Part shown: one piece after another, positions 49,415-64,000 of the stretch | How positions within the stretch are numbered: the stretch's first letter is position 1 | Layout of the letters: each line of letters starts with the position of its first letter | Assembly (NCBI RefSeq): GCF_006345805.1 | Contig: NC_043007.1 | Span: 50,716,001-50,780,000, forward strand | DNA length: 64,000 bases | From: Octopus sinensis | Lineage: Eukaryota | Reading direction: 5' to 3' | The notes under the pieces: model-generated | What the model was told of the DNA's origin: nothing | The model's database searches: none | Seen by the model: the letters and a program-made list of their open reading frames with translations, nothing else | Position numbers and translations under genes: made by a program

Positions 49415-50870
49415 AAATCGTGTGCGCGATTGAAGGGGATCAGAAGAAAAAGTAGGAATTTCGTTAATGAATAGATAGAGCGTAACGGTTTTGGTATGTG
49501 AAATGAAAAAAATTATTAAACGGGTGATAAATAGGGTACAGATGAAAGAGAGGAGACAGGTCTGGTAAATATCACAGACCAGGATATGTAACTGGAAACA
49601 TGTGGAGCGAATTGCAGCGCACATCAGTAGACGGGAAGTGCGGGTAAGAATTGGTTCATTGAAGGAAAAACAATGACTGGTGGGTTTAAAGAAAGGAGGT
49701 GGCAACTATATAAAATCAGATTGTTGTTAAAGGAACGGCTAAGGAAAACAATAAGGTTAGAGTAGCAAGTTTTAGTTAAGTCGACATATGTAACAATCAG
49801 GGAGAGAGAAAGGTGGGAGAGAAAGGGGGAGAGAGAGAAAGACAGAGAGAGTGGAATTGAAGAATTGTTTGAAACAATGAGATATAGCAAGGAGAAGAAG
49901 CTTGAGGTATTGCATAGCGAGGTTACAGAATAATAATAATCGTAACACAAATATAAATCCGAATCGATGGCTATCCGGAGGTTGGTGTGTGATAGCGTAT
50001 GGTAATCCAAAATGTTTCAGGAATAAACAGAAAAACTAAGATGATAGAATGAAAGAGAGGAGTTCAACGTTCAACGTTTGGTTAGTGGTCAAGAAGAAGC
50101 TGAAGAGAAGTACAGAAAATAAGAAAGATCTTGTTGAGTTTAATGCTTTACTGTAAAAATTATGTCACACGAATAAACTAGATGACGGAAGTGGATATAA
50201 CGGAAAGGAGTTTTCAACCAGAAGGGCGTCTTTCAATCAAGGGATATTTAGTGCTAACTCGTTGATGTATGTGTATGAGAGCGTGACTAAGTGAGTGTAT
50301 TTTATCGAAACAAGGGAAATAAGATGCTATGCTATATTCTGTATGTGAATGAAGAGGAGTGTGTTAGATTTAAAAAATATTTTCAGCGTGTAAAGGTGTA
50401 ATGCTGTGTAGTTGGTATGAGTGAAGCATGTAGAATGTGAGCATTGCGAGTGTATGTGAAGTGCAGAGTAGCGCGCTTCTCAGTGGAAGAGTGTTAAGAA
50501 AGTCTTATTTAAGGGTGGGGGGATGGGATTATTAATTACATTGACTGAACTGTATTTAGACGGAATATTAACTGCTGTTCATGGTGTAAACGGGAGGCGG
50601 TTGATCCACAGTTATAGAACAACCCTATACACGAAGTGATGCGGTTAAGTATGGCCTGGGGAATTGAAGTGACGATTTACAGATTGAAATGACCCATTGT
50701 TGTTGCATCAAACGCCTAAAAGATGTACTCTAGTATCGTCTGCTATTCCCCGACCAGTTTCACCGACATACAGTGAGCGGAAATGTAGGTGTTTTATGCA
50801 GTGAATAATGTTGTTCTGGGGGTATAGGTGAAACAGTCAACAGGATAGGAGTTAACGTTCCTCTAGAGTG
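48600..50870 (-). mobile_element. Decayed Penelope-like element: GIY-YIG endonuclease C-terminus lying upstream of the ORF N-terminus (pseudo-LTR arrangement)
   Basis: Minus strand from 50812 reads NIIHCIKHLHFRSLYVGETGRGIADDTRVHLL...VNRHFNSPGH...HEQQLIFRLNT. Further downstream are PLE N-terminal-like remnants (GLNSL...RQKSLQAEVF; NL.QQQALQNL across a frameshift). Confidence 0.7.
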
Positions 50871-51466
50871 GTGGTGTTTTGGAGGAAGTGTCAGAGAGAG
50901 AGAAAAAAGATTCAGGTTGAGTGTGATAAAGAATGAAAGGGGTGAATGCTCATTTTCCTTTTATAGACCCAATTTTCTTTAGATACAGACAAATACACAT
51001 GCATATACATATATCTGCATGTATGTATATGTACATATATACGCAATTAACTTTTTAGACGCAACATGTAAAAACTCACAATAAAACACTTGCACAAGGA
51101 GGCCCACCAGAGTTGAAGATACGTACTTCAAATTTTGGTAAGCACCGTTTATTCCCTTTTTGGTTCTCCTTTAATTGCAATTATCGTTCGTAATTTAAAC
51201 AACATAGAACAATTTTTGGATTTTTCTCCTTGTTGAATTATTGACGGAAAATCAATGAGACACAGAAAATTGGAGGAAATTGTAGCGTCAAGAAATACGG
51301 TCGTACTGACAACTTCTGTATTACTACTAGACTTGCTAGAAATAGCAACCCTACTAAATAACACATTGCCGTCTTAACTCTGTAAAATCTAGGTTTAGAT
51401 TAAGTCTCTTGGGAAAAAATAAAGGTTTGATGATCAGTCTGTTTTATCAGGGCTGATTTGAGTTTC

Positions 51467-51509
<43 letters not shown>

Positions 51510-51744
51510 GGCCTAACGTTTTGATGTACTCTCTTTTTTTCTCTTTAATTATTTGTATTTTTTACACATTCAACAAAAGTAACAATGAAACGAGATATGA
51601 GAAGGAAATCGAAGTGAGAAAGCAAGAAGTGTAAACTGACAAGGCAGATTTTGAAATAATCACGTGGTTCAGTAAACTTCATGGAATTGGTGCACTCAGT
51701 TAGAGGTGTATGCTGGCATCTGCTTAACCAAACTTCAAGTCATA

Positions 51745-52131
<387 letters not shown>

Positions 52132-53287
52132 TAGAGAAAAAGAAATGAGAAATGAAAAGAAACTTACAGCAACGCCTAGATATTACTCAATGCAAAAACT
52201 AGAAGCAAATACAGAGTAAAGCTGATAAAATTCTGGAAAAGCATTTTACTATAGCTTCTTCTTTGGCATCATCTGAAATATCATTTCTGATTATTAAAAA
52301 CAAGAAACTAAAGTAAAACTATTGTATTCTTATATTTTTGGCTTTGTCCAGCTTTCTCTCTCTTTCCATGAGTGTGTATTCGTGCATGTGTGGGTGTGTG
52401 GGTGTAGGTGTGCACACGTACGAGTAAGTATAAGATACAAAAATTTGAGTTATTTTCATTTTGGGATAAATCTAAGTAAATCCTCGTGTTATAAAGAAAT
52501 AAATCAAAGGAACATACTGCAAATTACAACAACAAATAATAATATATAATAGCGAAAAATGCCTACAGGTGAGGAACGAAATAGGGAAATAATAGAAATG
52601 GGCCAAAAAGCGAAATGGTGCATAGCAAAAAGTTGAACTGGGAAAGTGATGCAGCCGCAGTAATGAATGAATAAAGAGTGTATGAATATAACAGGGTTTA
52701 TATACAAGAAACTATAAGCAGCAGTGAATAATTTATGAGTATGATCGTGTGTGTGGACACATATACACACTTATACATACAAATGTTCATACATATATGC
52801 AAAACACAGTGTGTGTACGGGCTTTCCATGTACAAACGTATCCAACAAGATGGGAGTTTTTCACACTAAACCGTCTTCTTTGTTGCCCACATATAGAGAC
52901 ACTTGTACACAAACACGCCCTACCCCATACAAATATGCAGACAGTAAAATACCTTGTACATTGTCTGATGATGTTGAAGGTAAAACGGCATTGATGTAAA
53001 GCAAAAAGTTTAAGAAAAAGAAAGGAAACAAAAAGCAATTAAAATATGCAAGAACAGATAACAGAAAAGAAGTAAAAATTAGATCACGAACAACAGTTAA
53101 AACAATAATCGCAATAACAACATGATGCCACGTCTATCAAAAAGAGCATGTCTAGACATGTAACTAAATGAAATTACGTTCCCTACCTTCATAACAACAA
53201 CTACAACAGCAACAATAATTACAACAACTACGGCTATTACAATATGATTCGTAAAAACAGCAATAATAATTATAATAATAATAATCC

Positions 53288-53499
53288 TTTCTAGTATAGG
53301 CACAAGGCCTGAGATTTGGGGGAAGAGGTAAATCGATCACATCGTTCTCAGTACTTGACTGGTACTCAATTTATCGACCCCCAAAAGGATGAAAGGTAAA
53401 TTTGACCTCGGCGGAATTTGAACTCAGAACACGATGACAGATGAAACGTCGTTAAGCATTTCGCCCAGCATGCTAACGATTCTGGCAGCTCTCTGCCTT
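53288..53499 (-). mobile_element. SINE family A, full length, inserted in an (AAT)n tract
   Basis: Reverse complement of the family A consensus from head (GGCAGAGAGCTGCCAGAATCGTTAGCATGCTGGGCG) to tail (GCCTTGTGCCTATACTAGAAA). It is flanked by AATAATAATA on both sides. Confidence 0.85.
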
Positions 53500-54315
53500 A
53501 ATAATAATAGTAATAATATTGATGTGACCATTACAGTATTACTGGTAGCTTTCCCTGTGAGAGGGAGGCCCGCAGTCTATTTTTGTGAGAATTGAACTAA
53601 AAAATAGGATAGACACGATACAGTTATGGCTGAAAAATGGATAAACAACAAAAAATAGCAACATAACGGAGAACTTGTTTATTAGCATTAGCGTATGTCT
53701 GTATAGGGATGCTTGTGTTTGCACGTCTGGCGTCTTGTGCTGATGTTGCGACCAAATGTAGAGCAAACAGAACCAGCACGCAGTGGGAAAAAATCCAGAG
53801 ATTTATCCTCCAAAGAGTAAATGTTCAGAGAAATGCATTATAATGCCAAATTGATTTCTTCACGCGCAACCAATCAACAAACTATAGAGAGATTATGAAG
53901 AATTCCTCTACTCCGAGATACTCTAGCACTAACAGAACTGCTTCCTCTACTTAGAAAACAGCACAAATTTCAAAGTACAGTTGAAAATCAAGAGAAGAAG
54001 GTGACACAGTATTTCGTGCGCAGTGTTAGATAAGATACAAGAATTTAAGAACTGGAAGATGTTACGCAATTTCTACCTTTCTCGAAATTTTAAATAATCC
54101 TGCATCTTAAATAAAAAGGACGAATTAATCTAGCCCATAGATGCTCAGAATTGCAAGCAAAATTCTACATACATGACAGACCACAACCGACGATCGGCAC
54201 TTCTTCGAGTCATGATATAACTGCCTAGCCTACTCGCGTGTAAAGTCAATCGAAGGACCAACCGATCGAAACCTGCAACGTATACAACAATTACTTTTGG
54301 CTCGTCAAACATTTC

Positions 54316-54470
54316 ATTCTTCTTCTTCTTCTTCTTCTTCTTCTTCTTCCCCCTCCTCCTCTTCTTCTTCTTCTTCCTCCTCTTCTTCTTCTTCTTCTTC
54401 TTCTTCTTCTTCTTCTTCTTCTTCTTCTTCTTCGTCTTTCTTCTCTTCTTTCTTCTTCTTCTTCTTCTAC
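54316..54470 (+). repeat. (CTT)n microsatellite
   Basis: Directly visible. Confidence 0.95.
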
Positions 54471-55717
54471 TCCCTAGTCTTCTTCCTTTGATGTCCATTG
54501 GATGTGGCTGGTTGAAAAACAGGACTTATGTGGAAATTGAAACTGCCTAGAAGCTTCTCTTCATTTTCCAATAACCACACCACCATCAACAACGCCACCA
54601 CCACCACCATTACCTCTACAACTATGTCTACGACTTGCTGCTGCTGTTGTCTCTTAAAGCATCCTCTTCATAAATAAATAAAGACCGAAATAACAAGATA
54701 TATATATGCTACTTGTTCTCTCCACCAAACTCTATCTGAAACTCTCTTTTCGCGCATGAATTCCCATTTCATCAGCGCAACTGAAGCATAAATATCAGTT
54801 ACCAAAATCACGTTACACCCTTTCTCTACAGAAGTTGGCTGGTTTTTATATGCTTATAGGCATAAACACCCAACAAAAATACACGCTCAACACACATCAC
54901 ACGTACACACACACGCACACATGCATAGAACACATCACACACTTCCTTTTTCTTCAACAGTATATTAAAAGCCAATACAATCTTCTACTTTATCTAGAGA
55001 TTGCCCAATGTAAAACATTCGGTTCCCTCACCACCCGCAGTCACTAATCCCTCTCCACCCCCACCCATCAAGTGACCTACAACTAATCACCATCCTTCAA
55101 AGGAAATATTTATAGCTCTCTGCCTTTCTCTCTATCTCTCTCTCTCTCTTTCTGTGTATATATATATATATATTAACCTATCAATTCATCTATCTACCTA
55201 CTTATCTACATTTGCGTATGCTTATGTGCGCATTTGCGTATGCTTCAGTTTGTATACTAATTTCCTTCCAAGTATGAAATAGATTTAATAAACCCTCACA
55301 CAAATGATACCTTTAGGCCTCTAAACAGATTTGAGAGAGACAAAGATGTTTAGAGATCCTGGCCAGGACACCAGTCTATCTTTACTATGGAATCTTTACT
55401 ACGTATTTATTGTTCTTGTAGCAATTATTTTTGCTAACGACAAAACATAGATCTCATTCACACTCATTCATCGTTTTGTTTCTTATGCCAACTTAGTTTT
55501 TCCTGTCATATGAAAACATATGTTTGTGTGTGTGTGTGTGTGTGCGTGTGTGTGTGCGTGCGCGCGCACACATGCATATACACGCACATATATCCATTCG
55601 CAAACACCAACACGCATACATTGGCACACACACACATATAATGAATAAAAATAGAAATTGAATAAATACAGGCGAATACCTTAGTAAGCACAACGTATAA
55701 AAAATTGTGTATACACA

Positions 55718-55749
<32 letters not shown>

Positions 55750-56803
55750 TACATGTATACGTATGTATACATGCATGCGTCAGCGTCACCTTAACTTTAT
55801 AACGAATCTAAGTCAATTGTTTTTGTTTCATTTTTTTCTTTGCCTTGTTTTATTTTTTTTTCATCAAACTTTGTTCCTATTTTCAGAGGAGTTCCTTACA
55901 GTTTGTTTGGAAGAGTAAAGTCTCTTCAGAATTCAGTAGCTGGTGCTGAGTGTTACTTCATTTTGTTTTGTGAGGAGGTCAATGGAATTGGAATTGTTAT
56001 AACATAAATATTATATGCTGCTTGTCCTAAAGATATGATGTCAATGTTTAGTAAAACATATTTTATTGCATGTTTAGGGGAAGCACATTTCTGTGAGATT
56101 TTTTATGGGGTGCCGAGACCTGATCTAATTCATTGCAACAGTGTATTTTCCACTAAAGCTACTAAGGGCTTGATCGATACGAGGCTATGATAGAAGACCA
56201 TTACCCAAGTTACTGCTCAATGGAATTGAACCCGATACTACACAGTTTGGAGCCACGCCAGTAGAAGACATGTACATTCAAAACGAGTAATCGATGAAAG
56301 CATTTATGTGGTCACACAACATACTAGATATAGCAGCCTTATCTCGCAGAAAAAATATCAGCACAGGAAGGAGTCGCCGGGTAATGACCTCAATAAAATA
56401 TTTCTACAGGTAACATAGGAATCACCACTACAGACGCTGTTCAGGGTAGAAATGATGGTTGCTAAATTAGTGCGCGCCTGGGGTCTAACACCACCACCAA
56501 AAACAACAACTATAGCTGTAGATTGAGTGACATACACACACACACAACACATAGAGCACTTTAGTTTTACAATATGTATGTATGTATGTATGTATGTATA
56601 ACAGAAATACATATCTGTGACAACGGTGAAAGCCGGTCAATGCAAAGACACGCCTCTGAATAAAACTTGGCTGTTAGCTGTGGGTAAATGGAGCCTATCA
56701 GTGATGACCTTCACACCCTCACTTATCTGTTCCCATATCCGCCACTAAACCAGACAATTGTTCAAACACGAGCGCGCGTTCAGACATTGTGATATATTTC
56801 AAA

Positions 56804-56838
<35 letters not shown>

Positions 56839-56943
56839 TTTTGTATAAGTTTTTACCGAATATGGTCCTTTTCCATACCAAAATACTACTAGGTGAAATT
56901 TGTTGATTTTATTAAATTAATTATCTTTCAACCTATATCTGTA

Positions 56944-56986
<43 letters not shown>

Positions 56987-57189
56987 ATATACACATATAC
57001 ATATATACACATATATATACATATTACATACATATATATATATATGTATATACACATATATATACATATATACATATACATATATATAATATATTTATAT
57101 CGATACACATATGCATACATACACACACACATACATATATACATATAAATATATATATAATATATATATATGTGCGTGTGTGTGTGTAC

Positions 57190-57380
57190 ATGTTTGTGTC
57201 TGTTTTTCCCACACCAGCGCTTGGCAACCGATGTTGGTGTGTTTGCATCCCCGTAACGTAGCGGTTCGGCAACAGAAACCAATAGAATAACTACTAGGCT
57301 TACAAAGAATAACTCCTGGGGCTGATTTTTTCGACTAATAGGCGGTGCTACAGCATGGCCGCAGTCAAATGACTAAAGTT
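57190..57380 (+). mobile_element. 3' half of a SINE family B/C copy
   Basis: GGCAACCGATGTTGGTGTGTTTGCATCCCCGTAACGTAGCGGTTCGGC...GGCGGTGCTACAGCATGGCCGCAGTCAAATGACT matches 1030-1190. Confidence 0.8.
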
Positions 57381-57439
57381 AATAGAAGAAAAGAATATAT
57401 ATATATACATCGTGTAGTTTGTTGTTATTAAAGCAATTG

Positions 57440-57710
57440 GAATGAGGGCTGTGTAGAGGTATGTGGACGGTAAGGATTGACATAACGTTTAGAAAAGTTC
57501 ACATTTTCGGTGTAATGAGATTGAATCGGGAATTGAGGGGTGTGACAGGTTTAGGAGAAATAAGGGTGGTCGTAAGGGTGTTGGACAGTATGTTGAGTCT
57601 GAATGTGTGTTTCGTCGTATTTATCCTTTTACCCATGTCAACAATAGGTGAAGGTACATTGATATTGTCACGACAAAGGAAACGTGGCTGACAACTATTG
57701 TGTACCACCA
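57440..57710 (-). mobile_element. Possible PLE RT thumb remnant
   Basis: SCQPRFLCRDN...DMGKR loosely resembles SQFLRLRRLCSD...EM..F.KRGY. The similarity is weak. Confidence 0.25.
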
Positions 57711-57741
57711 ACATTAAAGCACATTCATGCACACCACATCA

Positions 57742-57780
<39 letters not shown>

Positions 57781-57821
57781 GTGTGTGTGTGTGTGCACGC
57801 GCGCGTGTATATATATATATA

Positions 57822-58212
57822 TCTCTCTCTATATAAACGGCAGTTTGTCTGTGTGTGTTTCTGGTGTGTCTGTTTTCTCGTCCCTCACCCTGACCACGGC
57901 TTTCAACTGATTCTGATGAAACTTGACACCACATAGCCCAATGTCATAATTCAAAACTAACGCCAGCGAAAATTTTGAAAAGTTCCCCCCCAGTTCTGAA
58001 AAAAATCGATAAATTCGACATGGGTCGAGATCAGAAACCCAAAACACAGACCGTCTAGGGGACGCACTCCACTTTTTTTACTTTTTTAACTCTCAAAAAA
58101 ATTTACCATCATTTTTTTCCCATTTTTTTGCTATTTTTTGGCTATAACTCTCTAAAAATGCTTTATAGTTATTTCCCTTACAAACCTGAGCAACGCCGGG
58201 CGATACTGCTAG
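57822..58212 (+). mobile_element. Non-autonomous Helitron with the same 3' terminus and a different 5' body
   Basis: 5' end TCTCTCTCTATATAAACGG. The 3' end ...CTCTAAAAATGCTT(A)TATAGTTATTTCCCT.ACAAACC.GAGCAACGCCGGGCGATACTGCTAG|T is nearly identical to the 26508 copy. Confidence 0.85.
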
Positions 58213-58239
58213 TATATATATATATATATATATATATAA

Positions 58240-58720
58240 AACTTAGATATGTTTCAGCCAAACAGTGGCCTGACCATGTCTAACTTAATACCACCACCTG
58301 ATAGGATCTGTTAAGTCATTTTTTGCTGTTTGGTGGCATCCCGGTCCATTCATGTAGGTAGTGGTTGACTGAGATGCATCCAGGTATAGGTGGCATTTGT
58401 CCAGGTTTTATTTGAAGGTGATGCATTCCTTCTTTTCCTTGATTTGTTTTGGGATAGTGTAAAATAAGAGCAGGGTCTATTGAAGAAAAGAAATTACGTA
58501 GCAGTGAGTTTATGTGTTGTGATACTGACTTGTGTAGGGAATGTATGGCAAGTGGTCTCAGACTTAAATTAATTCTGAATTAAATGTTAAGGTCGTTTAA
58601 GCAATGCTGGTGGCTTATTCTCCACACTAAGCGAAAGTTATAGCGGTTACGGCGGCACTGGAGAAAAAATATTCAGTGTTTTAAGGCGGTCCCAATAATC
58701 AAGATCAGTCATGTCCTATC
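58240..58720 (-). mobile_element. CR1-A LINE 3' fragment, more diverged
   Basis: AACTTAGATATGTTTCAGCC...CCATGTCTAACTTAATACCACCACCTG is the reverse complement of the 32205-32265 tail, and the RT remnant continues to about 58720. Confidence 0.75.
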
Positions 58721-59370
58721 TATCTATCTATATATATATATATATGTATATATTTCACACAAGCACTAGGAAATTTTAAAGGGTTCTGCTCGTGCCTCAT
58801 TTCATGTATCTCATTTAATGGGGAAAAAATAAATATTTTTCTGCATAAGTTATATACGAGCCTGTTAATAGGTTGTGTATCTAGCGATTAACGGAAACTG
58901 ACAATTGATGGTTTGGAATCATTTTTGGACTATTAGGTGATTCAAAGATACATTTTCATTTTATACGAGTAAACAGTGGATATAATACAGGACAGGGGAG
59001 TTACTAATTCCGTTGAACCGCCCCACCTTTTTCTTTATTGCGCTCTTTCTTCCTCTCTCTCTCTCTCTTTCCCTTTCTCTATCTCAGACAAAGGAGAATT
59101 CCACGAAATATCAAATTTCTTTATGAATTTATCCAAACTCACAAACTTCATTGAAACGAAATACATTGCCCCGTCTCCCCCTTCCTTGCTACTATGCTGC
59201 CTTGGTATCTTAAGTAAGATATAATACATCACATTCTCTACATTATAGCTCTCTTTCTTTCTCCATTACGTGTGTGTGTATGTGTGTGTGTGAGTGAGTG
59301 AGTGAGTGAGTGAGTGAGTGAGTGAGTGAGTGAGTGAGTGAGTGAGTGAGTGAGTGTGTGTGTGTGTGTA

Positions 59371-59412
<42 letters not shown>

Positions 59413-59695
59413 GCGTGTGCGTGTGTGTGTGAAACTTATCTTCTAGATTTTAATGATCCACAGTTATGGCTGTTATGTGGTATGATAACTAAGAATCTAA
59501 AAATTAAAATAAAAAATAGAAAGAAGAAAGAAAATTGATTATTAGCTGCCGTCATTATATTCAGGCTGTTTCACACACCGGAAGACAGAATGTTTAACAA
59601 TTAAAACGAGAAGTTACCGCCATCTTCGCCTTGCAGTATATATAATTGATAGCACATTTAATAGTTATTTGTTACACACACAAACACAGATGCAT

Positions 59696-59811
<116 letters not shown>

Positions 59812-60388
59812 CTATATTTATATATATATCTTGATTCAATAGAAAATGTTTTTACATAAATTTGTATCTTATCCGGCGGTCACTTTAGGTGTTTCAATCT
59901 GCTTCTACGTGAATGAAGGCATTCATTCTATTCCTTTGCTTTACTCTATTCACTTCGTGTTGGCCTATGGTGATCCGGGGATCAATGTGTGTGTGTGTGT
60001 GTGTGTGTATGTGTGTGTGTGTGTGTGTGTGTTTGTGTGTGTGTGTTTGCATGCGTGCGTGCGTGTGTGTGTATTACAGTAAAATTCCCTCTTATTTTGA
60101 ACCGGATAATGGGGTATGCCCCAAAGTATTGACCTATAAGATTAGGTTCCTGACGAAGATACCATACATGTTCATGATTAAGGTACTATATATGCAAATC
60201 TACCGTGTATGGATGTGTTTTTAGATATCTTTATTTTATTCTATACTCCTCAAGAGACATTGTTTTCATAACTCTAATTGATTTTTAATTATTTATTGAT
60301 CAATGACACTGGAAAAATATCACGTTTTTTAGATGAGTTGGCATGTATTACTGTGAAGCACATGTGTATCTATTGTCTATGTAATTGC

Positions 60389-60441
<53 letters not shown>

Positions 60442-60944
60442 GAGAGAAAGACAGAGGGGAAGAAGAGAAAGAGAGCGAGGGAAGAGAGAGAGATTGCTTT
60501 CTTCATTCATTATAATATCCTTCTCTCTGGATTTTTCTGACAGAGGTAAACATGTGAAAAAATATTTGTTATTGAAGTAGTCTATGTTTAAAGCGCTATG
60601 TTTTCCTACCAAAGCAAAAGGCGACTCTTGTTCTGATGGTTTTACGTTTATGAATACAAACTGCTAAGTGTCCGCCGTAGGACCACCCGCATTATATTTA
60701 TATTTCTACTTCGCTACCCTGATCTTTTAATTTTGCTACCACCACCCAGTCATTTCTCATATCTGACTGCATCTTGTTCTCACTCCACCACACCCATTTC
60801 CTTTCCTTTCTCCTCCTCTCACTCTAGCTCTCTTCCTATTTCTCTTTTATCTTTTTTCTCCCCCTATTTTTATCATTATCTTTCATTTCTTATAGAGACA
60901 TAAATACGTGTATATATAATATATATATATATATATATAGTGTG

Positions 60945-60975
<31 letters not shown>

Positions 60976-61517
60976 ATGTGTATACATACATGTATCTATG
61001 CATGAGCTCATATGTATACACACACGTATTTATATATATATATACACACACACACACAAAACATACATATACACACACATCATACATCATGACTATCTGT
61101 GCATAGTTTATTAAATATATTAATCAGCAAAAATCGCAAGCCCTCCATGTACTGCGTCATGTTTTCCCGAGTTCTCTTGAGAATCTCAAAATAAAATGCG
61201 TATGTTTATATGCTCCCACACACCTACACACCCACGCCCCCCACACACATACACATCATGTGAGACAGAATTGTTCTTCATTTGATTTTATCAGTTAACA
61301 GAATTGTAATGTTCATCAACGTCTGTTATTTCTTTCTTTAAGCTTGCCTAATAATTGTAAAGAGAAAAATACCTTGATATCATTTGTAGAATAATTGCTT
61401 TTAAAATTATTAAATTGACAATACCTTTTATTTGTGTAATATAATAAAAAATTTTAAATGTATGAGTTTGTGTTTGTGTGTATGTGTGTGTGTGTGTGTG
61501 TGTGTGTTGTGTGTGTG

Positions 61518-61561
<44 letters not shown>

Positions 61562-61944
61562 ATGCGTGCGTGTGTGTGTGTGTGCAAGTATGCGTACGTA
61601 TGACTAAATGCGTATGTCTGCTGAAAGTTTCAGCCTCAAATGAATGAATATTTGTATGTCTATTGCATTCACGGCAGTTCTTTACCTCAGTTTCAGAAGC
61701 GTTAAGCAGAGCAAAGATGAATGCACAGCTTTGGATTGCGACATTCTCTCTTGTGTATATTTTGCTAACAGATAGGTGAATTGTGGGTATAGAATTAAGT
61801 GTCTTATTTCCACACCTCCGTATGATATAAGCTAATGATTCACCATGTGATAGTCTGATGTATTATCCACTCTGCACTTTGAATGTTATAGTCATACAAA
61901 CAAAAACAAAATACATACTAAATAGCCGTGTGAATCACAGTGAC

Positions 61945-61982
<38 letters not shown>

Positions 61983-62519
61983 TATGAAAAGGCGTGTTCA
62001 TTTTGTAGGAACTCTACTGAGAATGTAAATAGTAAATATTTTGAGTTGTTTGTCTGCCTTTAGAAAAGAATGTTTCTCAATTCCCAAGAGGGAACCATAA
62101 TTGGTCATTAATTTTTACGATGAGATAAATGGTTGAAGAAGAAAGGAATCGCAGTGAATTATCTATTCTCCTGCTGAATATATCCAGTGTGTATACATTA
62201 TGTTATGTTTGGTTGAATTGGTTTCAATAAATGAAGTCTATACACTTACACAACGGAATATACATAGTATCTCGTGAGAAATAAACCATTAAACAATATG
62301 GTCGCCTGTGTAAAACGAAACTTTTACTTCTTGTTATTGTTGCCGTTTAACACCAAATCGGCATTGACTGAACTGACTTGTGATCAAAAGATATTCACCC
62401 GTAGCCATCACGTCATTTTTTCTCTAGGGTGTGACTTGGCTGTTATTTCTGGCAAGTCCAAATAAAACCCTTCTTTGGCACGGGAAACACCTCGTATTAT
62501 TTCTATTGACTAATTCAAT

Positions 62520-62700
62520 TAGGTGCATGTCTGCTGAGTGCTTTGGCTGTTCGAGTCACGATCATCAGATTGTAGGAATGATTTCTCGACATGTTTTGTC
62601 ATTTGAGCAATGTATTTTAGTCCACGTGGCTCCAATCTACTCAGCTGAAAAGAAGTTACATCTGCTGCAGGGTAGCATCTCATAGAATGTTGACCCTTCT
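62520..62700 (+). mobile_element. Very degenerate family E SINE
   Basis: GAGTCACGATCATCAGATTGTAGGAATGATTTCTCGAC...TTTGAGCAATGTATTTTAGTCCACGTGGCTCCA aligns loosely to 29680-29780. Confidence 0.4.
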
Positions 62701-63251
62701 CGCCAAGTTTATTCAAATATAGCATGTTGGTGGTTACAGTAATGTGGAAGATTACTTTGATACGAAATTAATATGGTTAAGGATTCTTTGAGAGACATTT
62801 CGTTTACTTATTTTATTTAACTTTATTGTTTTTTGCATTTAACATTTTGGTCTTAATCTTCTTGTTCCTTCGAATGTATTTCGTGACATTGCCAGCTTTT
62901 TGAAACAACCAAAAGTTGCTTTTACATGGTTGCTCCTCCTGTTAGAAATTACAGCCAAATCTCTTTCAAATTACACTGCCAATTTAATGAGAGCAAAGGG
63001 AGAAGGGATTTCTTAAATAAATAAGTTCCTGTAAAGTCCAGAACGGGCGGAATAGTCAGTTCGGTAGATCTTTTACTCCAAATTTGTTTGACATGGCTAA
63101 CGTGTGTAATAACAACAACAATCAAAGTGTTTGATTAAAATAACTACGAATATCTTTACACAGATATTCATCTCGATAAATTGATACTTCTATATTGTTA
63201 AAACATCAATTGATAGGGGAGTGAGTCAGCGTTTTAAAATATTTAAAGGAA

Positions 63252-63313
<62 letters not shown>

Positions 63314-63729
63314 TGGACGATCATTGGAGTTACGGGTGGGTTGTAGTCATACTGAAAGGTCCTTGTTAAACTATGCAACATTGGAAAAATTAATGTCCCC
63401 ATATAATACGGCTTCCTCATTCACACCAAAGTTCTACCACATGATATTAAGAAGTATGATTAAGCTATAACAATCATTAAAACTTGAAGACAGACAGGTA
63501 GACAGCTCACATATATATATTAACAGCATAGACAGACACTCACACAACCACACACTCACACAACCACACACACACACACATACACACACACATTCATGGA
63601 GACATACATAAGCTCTGAACACAGGCAGTCACACGCGTACATATACACATGCACACGTACATAATAAGTATACAAGCACACTGACAAATACATACAAATA
63701 TAAAGATATATATAAACACAAGCGAAGAG

Positions 63730-63778
<49 letters not shown>

Positions 63779-64000
63779 GTTGTACACAGTTACAAAATAA
63801 CTACTTTTATGGTTCAACAAAAGTCGTTAAAACGTAGTCAGCAAAAATATGGCGGCAGGAATAAGGAGACAGGTTGAGATGAGTTATCGATCCTGATAAG
63901 AAGAAGAAATTTGGATTAAATGACGTGGGTTAAATATTTTAACATAAAACAATTATCGCATTACATAGAATAGCATTTACAAATGATTATCGACGGCGGT

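Noticed and set aside
54145-54498. Lys/Arg-rich ORF
   Set aside because: It is the reverse strand of a (CTT)n tract.

Overview
Eukaryotic, very AT-rich DNA saturated with microsatellites. It is most consistent with an octopus (coleoid cephalopod) genome; this is an inference from the abundant tRNA-derived SINE families and the (TA)n/(CA)n/(GATA)n/(TATG)n density. Only one credible protein-coding segment is present: a minus-strand terminal exon at 42786-43302. It has a good splice acceptor (phase 2), an Asn/Gln/His low-complexity insert and a C-terminus ending SSMLSDYQSL*. Its phase and ending resemble the last exon of a Six1/2 (sine oculis)-type homeobox gene, but the homeodomain exon is not in the window, so this identity is a hypothesis. 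The rest is intron or intergenic DNA. It holds several SINE families, CR1-like and RTE-like LINE fragments, decayed Penelope-like elements (PLEs, one with a GIY-YIG domain), an internally deleted mariner with perfect TIRs, hAT-type MITEs, two non-autonomous Helitrons, cryptic minisatellites and a ~687-bp tandem duplication. The most notable hidden structure is a set of type I hammerhead-ribozyme motifs. These include a head-to-head inverted pair (32660-32737 on -, 32823-32900 on +) inside a ~165-bp-arm palindrome, a third family member in the putative intron, and two minimal hammerheads with an atypical core. Several long inverted repeats could form dsRNA. Nearly all ORFs in the supplied track are translations of microsatellites and are not genes.
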